A DNA stretch of 64,000 bases from Pseudomonadales bacterium (GTDB lineage Bacteria > Pseudomonadota > Gammaproteobacteria > Pseudomonadales > JAHRWD01). Shown in pieces: positions 1 to 10,961 of this stretch. Location: assembly GCA_016763075.1 (NCBI GenBank), contig JAESUM010000089.1, positions 1,757-65,756 on the forward strand, read 5' to 3'. The translations under genes and the position numbers were made by a program. The number at the start of each line of letters is the position of its first letter. Within the stretch, counting starts at the first letter, position 1. The notes below the pieces were generated by a model. It saw only the letters and a list, made by a program, of their open reading frames with translations. It did no database searches and was not told where the DNA came from.

Positions 1-235
1 AATGACAGCTTCGATAGCTTTTGTAAGATATGCCCACATCTCGCTAGAAGCTGTGCCGTTCCAAAGAAACGGATAAGTTCCAACCGGATGGATGATTTAG
101 CTAGAAAGCGAGAACTAAGAGAGAGTATCCGCAAAGCAAACAGCTCAAACGGAGCCTAATGCAGCATATGTGCAGTAAATCTATATGCTCATGGGATTCA
201 TCACGATAGAATTAACCGCAACTCATTGATGTGTA

Positions 236-312
236 TGGTCGGGACGACAGGATTTGAACCTGTGACCACCACACCCCCAGCGTGGTGCGCTACCAAACTG
301 CGCTACGCCCCG
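236..312 (-). tRNA. tRNA-Pro (anticodon GGG), CCA encoded
   Basis: Reverse complement folds as a 77-nt cloverleaf: acceptor CGGGGCG/CGTCCCG (one G-U), D arm GCGC-AGTTTGGTA-GCGC, anticodon arm CCACG-CTGGGGG-TGTGG, variable TGGTC, T arm ACAGG-TTCAAAT-CCTGT, 3' ACCA. Confidence 0.93.
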
Positions 313-399
313 ATTTAGAACTTATTTAGGAGGTGTGTAAAGCGGCGGGAATCATACAACAGTTGGGTGAAAATTGGAAAACAATCCGACGATTTCTAA

Positions 400-762
400 C
401 TACTTTAGAACCTCGAGAACCTCTTCCAACTCGGCGACCATTTGCCGAATCAACTGTCGATACTGCGTGGTATCTTCTTTTGCAATTTCGCCAGAAAGCC
501 GTTGTCGGGCTCCACCGATAGTAAAGCCTTGGTCGTATAGTAAGCTTCTGATTTGACGAATGGTTAAGACATCTTGGCGCTGATAATAACGGCGATTACC
601 ACGGCGCTTATCCGGAGTGAGCTGAGTGAACTCTTGTTCCCAGTACCGAAGCACGTGCGCTTTTACGCTGCACAGCTCGCTGACTTCGCCAATTGTAAAA
701 TAGCGTTTACCAGGTATTGCTGGCAGCTCATCGTTATGGCCGGGTTCCAGCATAGCTCTCAA
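400..762 (-). CDS. MerR-family transcriptional regulator
   Basis: 120-aa ORF with an N-terminal MerR-type HTH ([25 protein letters not shown]...RGNRRYY). It sits directly after ihfA. Start is uncertain (762 or 753); the ORF overlaps the ihfA stop. Confidence 0.85.
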   Translation of the reverse strand: MRAMLEPGHNDELPAIPGKRYFTIGEVSELCSVKAHVLRYWEQEFTQLTPDKRRGNRRYYQRQDVLTIRQIRSLLYDQGFTIGGARQRLSGEIAKEDTTQYRQLIRQMVAELEEVLEVLK

Positions 763-1042
763 CTCTTGTTTTTAGTTTTTGGCCAGGCCGAAAAGTGACG
801 ACTCGCCGCGCAGAAATAGGGATTTCTTCACCGGTTTTTGGGTTCCGACCAGGGCGTTCGCTTTTGTCCAACAAGTCAAAGTTACCAAAACCGGATAATT
901 TGACCGACTCATTTTGCTCTAATGAAGAACGGATTTCTTCAAAAAACAGCTCAACGACTTCCTTAGCCTCGCGCTTGTTCAACCCTAATTCGTCGAACAA
1001 ATGCTCTGCCATCGTGGCTTTTGTTAGGGCTTTAGCATCCAT
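734..1042 (-). CDS. ihfA: integration host factor subunit alpha
   Basis: 102-aa ORF nearly colinear with E. coli IhfA (VELFFEEIR...[42 protein letters not shown]). Confidence 0.95.
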   Translation of the reverse strand: MDAKALTKATMAEHLFDELGLNKREAKEVVELFFEEIRSSLEQNESVKLSGFGNFDLLDKSERPGRNPKTGEEIPISARRVVTFRPGQKLKTRVESYAGTRP

Positions 1043-1045
1043 TTT

Positions 1046-3421
1046 TCAGGCTCTCAATACAACATTAAACTCTGTGTTTAGGTATGAGATGATCCGATCA
1101 ATGCTTTGGCTCACTTCATCTTCATTAAGGGTGCGTGAATGATGCTGAAACGTCAAGCCTAGCGCTACACTTTTTCGGCCCGCTTCAACCCCTTCGCCTT
1201 CATACAGATCAAACACAACCACTTCGTTAAATGTATCGTCAACGGTAGAACGAATGCCCGCTACCAGCTCACCCACGGCAAGCTCGGAAGGAACAGACAA
1301 CGATAAATCACGCCGTGAACCCGGGAATTTAGATAGCTCTGAAAATTCGGTAATGCTTCGCTGGGTTATGCTATCAAGGGAAATCTCGAATAGAAACACT
1401 GGGTCGGTTAAATCGAGCTGGCCCTGCAATTCTGGATGAAGCGCACCTAATGTACCTACCTGCTCACTGCCGCACATTATTTTCGCAGTCTGACCGGGAT
1501 GTAGTGATGGGTATTCGGCAGCTTCAAAAGAGTAGTTCTGAGGTTGCGCACCCATCTCTAGCAATGACTCAACATCGCCCTTAAGGTCGAAAAAATCGAG
1601 TTGTTTATCACTGTTGGTCCAGCCTTCAACTTGGCCATTACCGTATGCCAACCCCGCAATTACCGATTTCTGCTCGAGGTTTCCATCAACTTCGATAAAT
1701 TGCAGCCCGGTTTCAAACAGCCGCATTTGCAGCTGCCGGCGTTTTACATTGCGAACCAGCGTATCTAACAAACCACTCCAAAGCCCGGTTCGCATGGCCG
1801 CCATATCCTGAGACATAGGGTTCAATAATGCTTTTGCGGTACGGTCTGGGTAAATTTTAGCTTGTAGCTTAGGCTCAACAAAACTGTAGGTAATCACTTC
1901 TTGATAGCCGCGATGCACCAAACACTCTTTGAGTACATCCGTAGACAACACCGCTTCCGTCGCTGGCCTAAAGGCCAAACGAGCCAAACTGGTGCTTACC
2001 GGCATGCGGTTGTAGCCGTACAAGCGAGCAACTTCTTCGATTAAGTCTGCCTCAATTTCGATATCGAACCGATGCGGGGCTGGGGTTACCTGCCAACCAG
2101 CATCGATTTGCTCAATAGGCATACCTAAGCGGGCAAACATTTCGAGCACTTCAGAATCTTGAATTTCAACGCCGAGTATCCGGTCGAGCTGCCTACGAGA
2201 CAAGGTGACGGGGCTTCCGTTCGGCAACGCGCTCGGGTCGCTTTGCTCAACTATTGGGCCAGGCTGACCGCCGGCAATGTCGATAATTAACGCGGTTGCC
2301 CGCTCTATTGCGCTGCGCTGCAAGCAGTAATCAACACCTCGCTCAAAACGATGTGAAGCATCGGTTTGCATGTTGTATGAACGCGCACGGCCAACAATCG
2401 CTAATGGTGCAAAGAATGCGCTTTCGAGGAATATATTTTTAGTATCAGAAGAAACAGCGGTGCTTTCACCACCCATAATACCGGCAACGGCAATAGCGCC
2501 GCTATCATCTGCGATAACCAACGTGTCGTCATTGAGCTCGATGGCTCGGCCGTCCAATAACGTTATTTTTTCGGCTTGTTGTGCCAAACGTACATCAATG
2601 GAACCGCTTAAATTGTTCGCATCAAACGCGTGCAATGGCTGGCCCATTTCAAGCAGTACATAGTTGGTGATATCTACAATGGGATCAATACCACGAATTC
2701 CGGATCGCCGTAATTTTTCCCGCATCCAAAGGGGTGTAACCGCGTTCATATCCAGGTCACGGATAACTCGGCCAACATAACGAGGGCATTCACTCCCAGC
2801 GCTGATTGTAACCGTTAGCTGATCTTCAATAGTAGGTTCAACTGCAACCGTTTTAGCTGGATCAAAATCCAACTTATTTAACGCTGCAGTTTCCCGTGCA
2901 AGGCCCAAAATTGACAAGCAGTCGCCACGGTTTGGCGTTAAATCAACTTCAATCTGCTGGTCGTTAAGCGCTAAATATTCATGAATATCTTCGCCAATCG
3001 GTGCATCTATAGGTAGTTCGAACAGGCCTCGAGACTTCTCTTCCATGCCCAATTCAGAAGCCCCCGTTAACATGCCGAAGGATTCAACCCCCCGCAATTT
3101 AGCTTTCTTTATTTTAAAATCACCTGGCAATACTGCGCCGACGGTAGCTAGGGGTACTTTTAACCCTACGCGCGCATTAGGAGCACCGCATACAATTTGA
3201 ACGGTATCGTTGCCAAAGTTAACTTGGCAGACCTGTAGTTTGTCGGCGTCGGGGTGTGGTTCGGCGGATACTATTTCTGCAACTACAACGCCGCTAAACG
3301 AACCGGCAACCGGCGCGACCGCGTCAACTTCAAGACCGGCCATGGTGAGCTGTTCAACGAGCTGTTCGGTGGATAACGTCGGCGCAACCCACTCTCGTAA
3401 CCAATTTTCACTGAATTTCAT
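1046..3421 (-). CDS. pheT: phenylalanine--tRNA ligase beta subunit
   Basis: 791-aa ORF with an N-terminal tRNA-binding domain (AEIVSAEPHPDADKLQVCQV). Length and position after pheS match pheT. Confidence 0.97.
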   Translation of the reverse strand: MKFSENWLREWVAPTLSTEQLVEQLTMAGLEVDAVAPVAGSFSGVVVAEIVSAEPHPDADKLQVCQVNFGNDTVQIVCGAPNARVGLKVPLATVGAVLPGDFKIKKAKLRGVESFGMLTGASELGMEEKSRGLFELPIDAPIGEDIHEYLALNDQQIEVDLTPNRGDCLSILGLARETAALNKLDFDPAKTVAVEPTIEDQLTVTISAGSECPRYVGRVIRDLDMNAVTPLWMREKLRRSGIRGIDPIVDITNYVLLEMGQPLHAFDANNLSGSIDVRLAQQAEKITLLDGRAIELNDDTLVIADDSGAIAVAGIMGGESTAVSSDTKNIFLESAFFAPLAIVGRARSYNMQTDASHRFERGVDYCLQRSAIERATALIIDIAGGQPGPIVEQSDPSALPNGSPVTLSRRQLDRILGVEIQDSEVLEMFARLGMPIEQIDAGWQVTPAPHRFDIEIEADLIEEVARLYGYNRMPVSTSLARLAFRPATEAVLSTDVLKECLVHRGYQEVITYSFVEPKLQAKIYPDRTAKALLNPMSQDMAAMRTGLWSGLLDTLVRNVKRRQLQMRLFETGLQFIEVDGNLEQKSVIAGLAYGNGQVEGWTNSDKQLDFFDLKGDVESLLEMGAQPQNYSFEAAEYPSLHPGQTAKIMCGSEQVGTLGALHPELQGQLDLTDPVFLFEISLDSITQRSITEFSELSKFPGSRRDLSLSVPSELAVGELVAGIRSTVDDTFNEVVVFDLYEGEGVEAGRKSVALGLTFQHHSRTLNEDEVSQSIDRIISYLNTEFNVVLRA

Positions 3422-3436
3422 GATGCAATAGCCAGG

Positions 3437-4459
<1,023 letters not shown>

Positions 4460-4510
4460 CTAGGTTACATCTTCATATTGAAGCTCCGACCTTCCTAAAG
4501 CTCTATTTTT

Positions 4511-4541
4511 ATTAAAATAGGCTTAGGAAGCGATACCTAAG
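4511..4541 (-). terminator. hairpin plus U-tract between rplT and pheS (partial terminator or attenuator candidate)
   Basis: Minus strand reads CTTAGG-tatcgctt-CCTAAG followed by CCTATTTTAAT. Stem arms are at 4522-4527 and 4536-4541. Confidence 0.4.
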
Positions 4542-4657
4542 TTTGCTGAGCCATGCCGATAACTGCAATACCGACAAAGCTACAACGTCTCAGACTACAT
4601 ACAAAGATACCGTTGTCGTGCGAGTCACTTGTAACGGTGTAAACACCGTCGATCGAG

Positions 4658-5020
4658 TTAAGAAGCAGCTAATGCTGCCTTTGCCTTGCCAGCAATAGCG
4701 GCGAAGGTATCTTTATCATGCACAGCAAGATCTGCCAGCATTTTTCGATCAATTTCGATTTCAGCTTTTTTAAGCCCGTAAATCATTTGGCTATATGAAA
4801 TGCCATTGATACGAGCGGCTGCGTTAATACGAGCAATCCAAAGCGCTCTAAATTGACGCTTACGCTGACGTCTATCACGGTATGCATACTGACCGGCTTT
4901 TGTAACTGCCTGTTTAGCAACACGATACACTCGACTTCGAGCGCCGTAATAACCTTTAGCTTGCTTTAATACTTTCTTGTGACGGCGTCGAGCCGGCACA
5001 CCACGTTTTACACGGGGCAT
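4658..5020 (-). CDS. rplT: 50S ribosomal protein L20
   Basis: 120-aa ORF starting [30 protein letters not shown], the canonical L20 N-terminus. Confidence 0.97.
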   Translation of the reverse strand: MPRVKRGVPARRRHKKVLKQAKGYYGARSRVYRVAKQAVTKAGQYAYRDRRQRKRQFRALWIARINAAARINGISYSQMIYGLKKAEIEIDRKMLADLAVHDKDTFAAIAGKAKAALAAS

Positions 5021-5070
5021 ACTTAAGTCCTCTTAGATTCTATTTTAAAGTCTGTATCTGAAAAATCAGA

Positions 5071-5265
5071 TTACAGCGTAGGAAGCATACGTTTGACCAA
5101 CTTCACATCAGCAGCATCAACACCCAACATTGGGCGCAAGTGGCGCTTACGCTTAGTACTTTTCTTGGTCAAAATATGACTACGATAGGACTGTTTCCGT
5201 TTGATGCCATTGGCGGTTTTCTTAAACCGTTTGGCAGCCCCGCGATTGGTTTTCATTTTAGGCAT
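5071..5265 (-). CDS. rpmI: 50S ribosomal protein L35
   Basis: 64-aa basic ORF starting [17 protein letters not shown], between infC and rplT. Confidence 0.95.
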   Translation of the reverse strand: MPKMKTNRGAAKRFKKTANGIKRKQSYRSHILTKKSTKRKRHLRPMLGVDAADVKLVKRMLPTL

Positions 5266-5386
5266 GCTATAACACTCCGCATTCGACCCGTCGAATAGCT
5301 CACTATTCTGGGCAAATAGTTAAAATTTAATAAACCTTAAAACAACAAAAAAGCAGCGCTAAAAAGCCATGCCTTTTTAAAAGGGT

Positions 5387-5926
5387 CTATTTCGTCTTTT
5401 TGGGGGCAATCACCATTGCCATCTGCCGACCTTCCATTTTCGGGAACTGTTCAACGGCTCCGTACTCAGCAAGATCTGCTTCAACACGCTTGAGTAATTC
5501 CATACCCAAATGCTGATGCGCCATTTCACGACCGCGATACCGCAGCGTTACTTTAGCTTTATCCCCATTCTCCAAGAAACGTATCAGGTTGCGCAGTTTT
5601 ACCTGATAATCCCCTGCTTCAGTACCAGGTCGAAATTTAATTTCTTTAACCTGGGTTTTCTTCTGCTTCTTCCGTGATGCAGCCTTCTGCTTTTTAATAT
5701 CAAAGACATGCTTTCCATAGTCCATGATTTTACATACTGGAGGTTCAGCATCTGGCGCAATTTCCACCAAATCTTGCTGAACTGCAGCCGCAGCTTGCAT
5801 CGCTTCATCCAATGAAACGAGGCCGACTTGTTCACCGTCGGCACCAATTAATCGAACCTGAGGCACGGTAATTTGACCGTTTACCCGATTCTTTTTACTG
5901 GCGTTTCCGCCTCTTTGCTGGCTAAT
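5387..5926 (-). CDS. infC: translation initiation factor IF-3, with non-canonical ATT start
   Basis: The track ORF begins at a GTG (5866). The frame stays open upstream and encodes the conserved IF-3 N-terminus (I)[27 protein letters not shown]. An ATT codon at 5926-5924 lies 2 nt after the thrS TAG stop and gives about 179 aa, matching the AUU start known for infC. Confidence 0.85.
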   Translation of the reverse strand: MSQQRGGNASKKNRVNGQITVPQVRLIGADGEQVGLVSLDEAMQAAAAVQQDLVEIAPDAEPPVCKIMDYGKHVFDIKKQKAASRKKQKKTQVKEIKFRPGTEAGDYQVKLRNLIRFLENGDKAKVTLRYRGREMAHQHLGMELLKRVEADLAEYGAVEQFPKMEGRQMAMVIAPKKTK

Positions 5927-5928
5927 AC

Positions 5929-7854
5929 CTATTTCCCCATAGAAAAACGACCGCGAGTTGCGACGCTACTGTCGAGAAGATCTACAACTTGATCCACTGT
6001 CATGGACCCAAGATCATCTCCGTTACGTGCACGCACGGCCATTGTGTTCGTTTCCAGCTCCCTGTCACCAACTACAAGTATGTAGGGAACCTTCTGAATC
6101 GTATGCTCGCGTATCTTAAATCCAATCTTCTCGTTTCTCAAGTCCGATGAAACCCGAAAACCACTTTCAGTGAGCTTTTCGGCTGTTTCTTTGCAAAAAT
6201 CGGCCTGATTGTCGGTAATATTTATAACCATAGCTTGAATTGGCGCCAACCATGGAGGAAATGCACCGGCAAAGTTTTCAATTAAGATGCCAATAAAGCG
6301 TTCAAATGAACCTAATATGGCCCGATGCAGCATCACGGGAGTTTTCCGTGAGCCATCTTCCGCAACATATTGAGCGTCTAAACGACCCGGCATTGAAAAG
6401 TCGACTTGAATAGTACCGCACTGCCAAACACGACCGAGGCAGTCTTTTAGAGAGAATTCAATCTTTGGACCATAAAAAGCGCCTTCGCCTGGTAATAAAT
6501 CCCACGCCAGGTCTTTTGCATCAAGAGCAGCGGCCAGCGCTGCTTCGGCGCGGTCCCAATCTTCGTCGGTACCAACACGTTTTACTGGCCGAGTTGATAG
6601 CTTCAAAATCACTTCGTCAAAACCGAAATCTGAATAGACGCTGTACAGCAAGTCAATAAAGGTCGCGACCTCGTCTTGTATCATTTCTTCAGTACAGAAA
6701 ATATGAGCGTCATCTTGAGTGAATGAGCGCACGCGCATCAAACCATGCAGCGTACCAGAGGGCTCGTTTCGGTGACATGAGCCAAATTCAGCCAAACGCA
6801 GCGGTAAGTCGCGATAACTCTTTAAACCCTGATTAAAGACCTGCACGTGACACGGGCAGTTCATCGGTTTTACTGCATAGTTGCGGTTTTCAGACTCGGT
6901 GGTGAACATTTCGTCACCGAACTTATCGGCATGGCCTGACTTTTCCCACAGGCTGAAATCGACTAACTGAGGTGTTTTTATCTCTTGGTAGCCATTATTA
7001 AGCTGGATCTCGCGCATGTATTGCTCGACCACTTGATAGATCGTCCAGCCTTTCGGGTGCCAAAAAACCATCCCCGGCGCTTCTTCTTGGCTGTGAAACA
7101 AACCAAGCTGCTTACCTATTTTCCGGTGGTCGCGCTTGCCGGCTTCTTCAATTCGACGCACATACTGCTTAAGTGCTTTCTTGTCGCCCCAAGCAGTACC
7201 GTAAATACGCTGGAGCATTTCATTATTCGCATCTGCGCGCCAATAGGCACCGGCTACTTTGGTCAGCTTGAATGCTTTGATGTGTCCAGTTGCTGGCACG
7301 TGCGGCCCTCGACACAAATCAATAAAGTCACCCATCTGATAAAACGACAAGTCTTCATCACCTGGAATGCTGTCGATAATTTCAACTTTGTACTTCTCGC
7401 CTTTTTCTTCAAACAGCGCGATGGCGTCAGGGCGAGATAATACAGAACGCTCGACTTCTATATTTTGCGAAGACAGCTCAACCATTTTCTTCTCGATTTT
7501 TTCGAGATCGTCCGGCGTGAATGTACGCTCAAAAGCAAAGTCGTAATAAAAACCATCTTCAATCACTGGGCCAATGGTGACCTGAGCACTAGGAAATAAC
7601 TCTTGTACCGCCATTGCCATTAAGTGGGCGCAAGAATGACGAATGATTTCCAAACCCTCTTCATCACGGCCGGTCACAATGGCTAGCTCAACATCTTGGT
7701 CAATAAGATAACTGGTATCGAGTAATTCGCCGTTTACTTTTCCGGCCAATGCGGCTTTCGCCAAACCTGGGCCAATATCGGCGGCAATTTCTAAAATAGT
7801 AACGGGGTTTTCGAACTGGCGCTGGCTTTGATCCGGCAGTGTGATGGTAGGCAT
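5929..7854 (-). CDS. thrS: threonine--tRNA ligase
   Basis: 641-aa ORF with TGS domain, editing domain and class II core ([17 protein letters not shown]). It heads the thrS-infC-rpmI-rplT cluster. Confidence 0.97.
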   Translation of the reverse strand: MPTITLPDQSQRQFENPVTILEIAADIGPGLAKAALAGKVNGELLDTSYLIDQDVELAIVTGRDEEGLEIIRHSCAHLMAMAVQELFPSAQVTIGPVIEDGFYYDFAFERTFTPDDLEKIEKKMVELSSQNIEVERSVLSRPDAIALFEEKGEKYKVEIIDSIPGDEDLSFYQMGDFIDLCRGPHVPATGHIKAFKLTKVAGAYWRADANNEMLQRIYGTAWGDKKALKQYVRRIEEAGKRDHRKIGKQLGLFHSQEEAPGMVFWHPKGWTIYQVVEQYMREIQLNNGYQEIKTPQLVDFSLWEKSGHADKFGDEMFTTESENRNYAVKPMNCPCHVQVFNQGLKSYRDLPLRLAEFGSCHRNEPSGTLHGLMRVRSFTQDDAHIFCTEEMIQDEVATFIDLLYSVYSDFGFDEVILKLSTRPVKRVGTDEDWDRAEAALAAALDAKDLAWDLLPGEGAFYGPKIEFSLKDCLGRVWQCGTIQVDFSMPGRLDAQYVAEDGSRKTPVMLHRAILGSFERFIGILIENFAGAFPPWLAPIQAMVINITDNQADFCKETAEKLTESGFRVSSDLRNEKIGFKIREHTIQKVPYILVVGDRELETNTMAVRARNGDDLGSMTVDQVVDLLDSSVATRGRFSMGK

Positions 7855-7980
7855 ATTAGGTTCTCTTCAGTGGTGACCCCTACTAAAGGCCACTTGGTAT
7901 TAAACATTCAATGAATTGGCTGTTAGGCGCACGCCAATCAGGCGCGGCAGTATATCAGAGGCTTGTTTCTTGCGCGGTGT

Positions 7981-10851
7981 TCATTCGGTGCTGAGCAGCA
8001 ACTTATTCAATACGCTCTCTAGGTTCTTTTTATAGTACAAAAAGTGAAAACTACTGAGTCGTTCTGCCGTTACCTGAGTCGATAAATCGAGATCTGTAAT
8101 ATAGCAGGGATATCGCTCGCCATTTTTTCGCAGCGAAAGTATATATTTCACGATATTGCCGTACAGCTGGCTACCGTGTTCAATGCTTGAGAACTCTCGT
8201 CCGTCACAAAACAAGCTGTAATGCGGCGCGACCCCCGAGCTTGTTTCAACCATCGCCTGAATATGGAGGTACGACTCCGATGCACTGCGTGCCGGCGCGC
8301 GCCGGCTTTCTATGGTGGGTGCGCGCTGCCCAACTGCTGGCATGATTTCGTAATAGTGAACCCTGTCGTCGGGCAAACTAACCGGAATGGACGAGCTGTC
8401 TAAACGAACCAAAACAGATTCAATAAAACGCTGAAACGGCACCAACAAGCTGTCTTGGTCATAAAACGCAGTTTGATATTGAATCAGCGCGCCATTTTCA
8501 TCGACCACATAAATCTGCGCGATTTCTTCATCGGCCCTATAAAAGAACTGAATAAACCCACGACGACAACTTTGATACACCGCTGCCAATTCAGAATTAC
8601 CCATACTAAAACGGTCAAACACCGCTGGACTGTAACTTGACTGGGGTTGTTCAAGCCCCGCGAGTAAAGCCGCATCGTCTTCAAAAATACGATATTGGAA
8701 ACGACCGTTTATCTGCTGAAAACAGCAATACTGCTGACCTATCTCTAATAGGTAACGATTAGAAATAGCCCCTTCGCCGCCGGAGTAGCTAGCAAACAGG
8801 TCAGCAAAAAGCTGCTCGATTCGTGTTTTGATGGTGCCGGCGTAACCTGCTGAAAAGCAGCGGATATCTAATTTTGGCGCGATCTGACCAACATTAGTCG
8901 ACCATAACTGCAGGTGATCTCGTAAAAAATCTAGCAATGCAGAGGGGCCGTCATAAGACTGACTGCTGACTTCATTCCAACTATTGAGTGCCAGCTGGTC
9001 GATAGCCACCACCAAATTACGCCGAACGCCGCTGTAATCAAGCGCATTGTTGTGGTTGCTTAGGCGCTGCAAACCTTTTTTGCGTAAGTCCGCCATCGGG
9101 TGGTTGCCCATGTTGATAACCACAACATACTGCACGGGCAATGCGGCTCGTAAGAAATTTTGTTGTTCAGGCTTGGGCAATGGCTGGGGCATTAACTGGT
9201 TAAGTGACATCAGAACATCACGCAGCTCATGGCTTGTTAGCTCGCTGTCGAGCACTTCTAATTGTACGTGGGTGCTCAGGTCGATAACGCCATTAATAAA
9301 ACACCAACCCAGCAACTCCAGTGCACTCTTGGCGGTTTTGACCACCTCAAATTCTGCGCGCTCACCAGAGCTCCAAGACGGCACACTGGCCTGCCAATGC
9401 AGCTGTTCAGCATCTTCACCGTTTTGCCGAAATTCAATATTTTCTTCCAATAACCCCGGGATAATTCCAGGGCTTACTTGGTCTATCTTCCCCGCTTTAC
9501 GCTCGTACGCAGCGTACAGCTTGCGCCCCAAGATGCTTAATTCACGTGCGTCTGCGGCAGATTGAACGGTGTGTTGGCGAGCAAAGGATGAAACAAAACG
9601 GTAGCTGTGCGTTAACTCATTCACCAACCGAGTGCGCTCTTCAGAGAACCGCGTAATCTTCCAATTTTTTCGGCTATCAAGGTTGATCAGATGGCCGCGA
9701 TTCCACCCCCAATCTCCGGCCATTTTTTCTATGAGTTTGCGCTGCCACGTTTTGTTTTTATCCGACACCACGGAGCTGAGTTTTAGCCCCACTTTAAAGT
9801 AGAAACATCGCCGTACTAATTCCAAGCGCTGAGTCTCACCGCGCTTTTGAAGGTAAGATTCAATCGCGCGGTAAACCATCACATAGGGGTCAAGCTCGTT
9901 TAGATCAAGCTGATCGTCATAGATGGCGCGTTTGAACTGAATCGAGAGTGTTTCTACGTTTGGGCATTGGCTTGCATACACCTCATTGAGCAATAACTTC
10001 AGCACCGATTTATGCGGCTTTTCAATGCCCTTATAAAGCTGCCAGATGCTCGCGCCAACAAACTCTTCCGCCGGGATGGTCTCTATTGGGCCAAAATCTG
10101 TGGTGTCGGTCGCGCGAATATAACGCTTATGCGTCAGCGTTTGAGCAAACAAAGCATATTCATGCTCACTCTCTGCCGGCACCAACCACCAAATAGGGTA
10201 GCGCCCGGCTATTAATAAAGCCGTTCGATAAAACTCATCGAGCAGTAGAAAATGTTGGGTGGAACCCGAGCCGTCATCACTGATGCCGTCGTGCTGCTGC
10301 AACTTGAACAGCTGATGGTCAATCACAAAAAAATGTACTTCAAGCTGAAACTGCTCGGACCAGCGCTCAATCTCAACGGCTTTCGCATTAAGTTGTTCAA
10401 CTTTTTCAGCCGAAATTCCGGGCCTATGACAAAGCCAAATATCGAGATCACTGCCGCGTGAATGGCCAATGGTTCCACAGCTTCCCATCAAATAGATGGC
10501 GTAAATTTCGCCTTCGTCATGGGGGTTGTGTAGATATTTGAAGCTACGGGTTACTTGCGAAGCAAAATTAAGCGCGCGCTTATCAGGCCGGTAACCCGAA
10601 ACCCCAGAGGGTGTTTGGTGGGAGACATACCCTGGCAACAGGGGATGATTAACGTGAAAAAGAAGAGGCAACAAGTCCAAAAAGAAGCGCTGCTGGGCAG
10701 TTAACGCTTCTCGGATACGTTCGATCCGGCCGTCGTTTACTTGCATAAAGCGCGCTACAACGTGCTTTAGCGCTTTGCGATCAAGGCCTGCATGAATATC
10801 TGCCTTGATCGTTCCTGAAACACCAGCCTTGGTAATACGTTGATTCGCCAT
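7981..10851 (-). CDS. cyaA: class I adenylate cyclase
   Basis: 956-aa ORF. The N-terminal catalytic region contains GSCGTIGHSRGSDLDIWLCH, which resembles the enterobacterial CyaA motif as I recall it. Long C-terminal regulatory region. Confidence 0.9.
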   Translation of the reverse strand: MANQRITKAGVSGTIKADIHAGLDRKALKHVVARFMQVNDGRIERIREALTAQQRFFLDLLPLLFHVNHPLLPGYVSHQTPSGVSGYRPDKRALNFASQVTRSFKYLHNPHDEGEIYAIYLMGSCGTIGHSRGSDLDIWLCHRPGISAEKVEQLNAKAVEIERWSEQFQLEVHFFVIDHQLFKLQQHDGISDDGSGSTQHFLLLDEFYRTALLIAGRYPIWWLVPAESEHEYALFAQTLTHKRYIRATDTTDFGPIETIPAEEFVGASIWQLYKGIEKPHKSVLKLLLNEVYASQCPNVETLSIQFKRAIYDDQLDLNELDPYVMVYRAIESYLQKRGETQRLELVRRCFYFKVGLKLSSVVSDKNKTWQRKLIEKMAGDWGWNRGHLINLDSRKNWKITRFSEERTRLVNELTHSYRFVSSFARQHTVQSAADARELSILGRKLYAAYERKAGKIDQVSPGIIPGLLEENIEFRQNGEDAEQLHWQASVPSWSSGERAEFEVVKTAKSALELLGWCFINGVIDLSTHVQLEVLDSELTSHELRDVLMSLNQLMPQPLPKPEQQNFLRAALPVQYVVVINMGNHPMADLRKKGLQRLSNHNNALDYSGVRRNLVVAIDQLALNSWNEVSSQSYDGPSALLDFLRDHLQLWSTNVGQIAPKLDIRCFSAGYAGTIKTRIEQLFADLFASYSGGEGAISNRYLLEIGQQYCCFQQINGRFQYRIFEDDAALLAGLEQPQSSYSPAVFDRFSMGNSELAAVYQSCRRGFIQFFYRADEEIAQIYVVDENGALIQYQTAFYDQDSLLVPFQRFIESVLVRLDSSSIPVSLPDDRVHYYEIMPAVGQRAPTIESRRAPARSASESYLHIQAMVETSSGVAPHYSLFCDGREFSSIEHGSQLYGNIVKYILSLRKNGERYPCYITDLDLSTQVTAERLSSFHFLYYKKNLESVLNKLLLSTE

Positions 10852-10961
10852 CGAGTAAGTATAGGCGGCTAAGCGTAATTCGCCCCGGAATCACCCTCGT
10901 TTGCTAGGGGCATCACCCTTAGCAAACTCAGATAACCTTACTCAGGTAGTCGATTGAAGCC

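Noticed and set aside
1-159. Open reading frame entering from the left edge (52 codons, plus strand)
   Set aside because: It is too short and has no recognisable motif, so I do not list it as a feature. It is mentioned only in the tRNA-Pro finding.
9047-9565. 172-aa ORF antisense to cyaA. Similar long antisense ORFs occur at 6985-7440 (thrS), 38115-38540 (atpH), 16270-16626 (hemX), 54993-55373 (gyrB), 58020-58406 (plsC) and 11604-11945 (argH)
   Set aside because: These are shadow ORFs on the opposite strand of well-supported genes. Their composition is low-complexity or Ser/Arg/Leu-rich, and they have no start context or family resemblance.
10646-10661. parS-like 16-mer TGATTAACGTGAAAAA inside cyaA
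   Set aside because: It has three mismatches, including one in the CACGTG core, and lies far from the origin. This is most likely chance.
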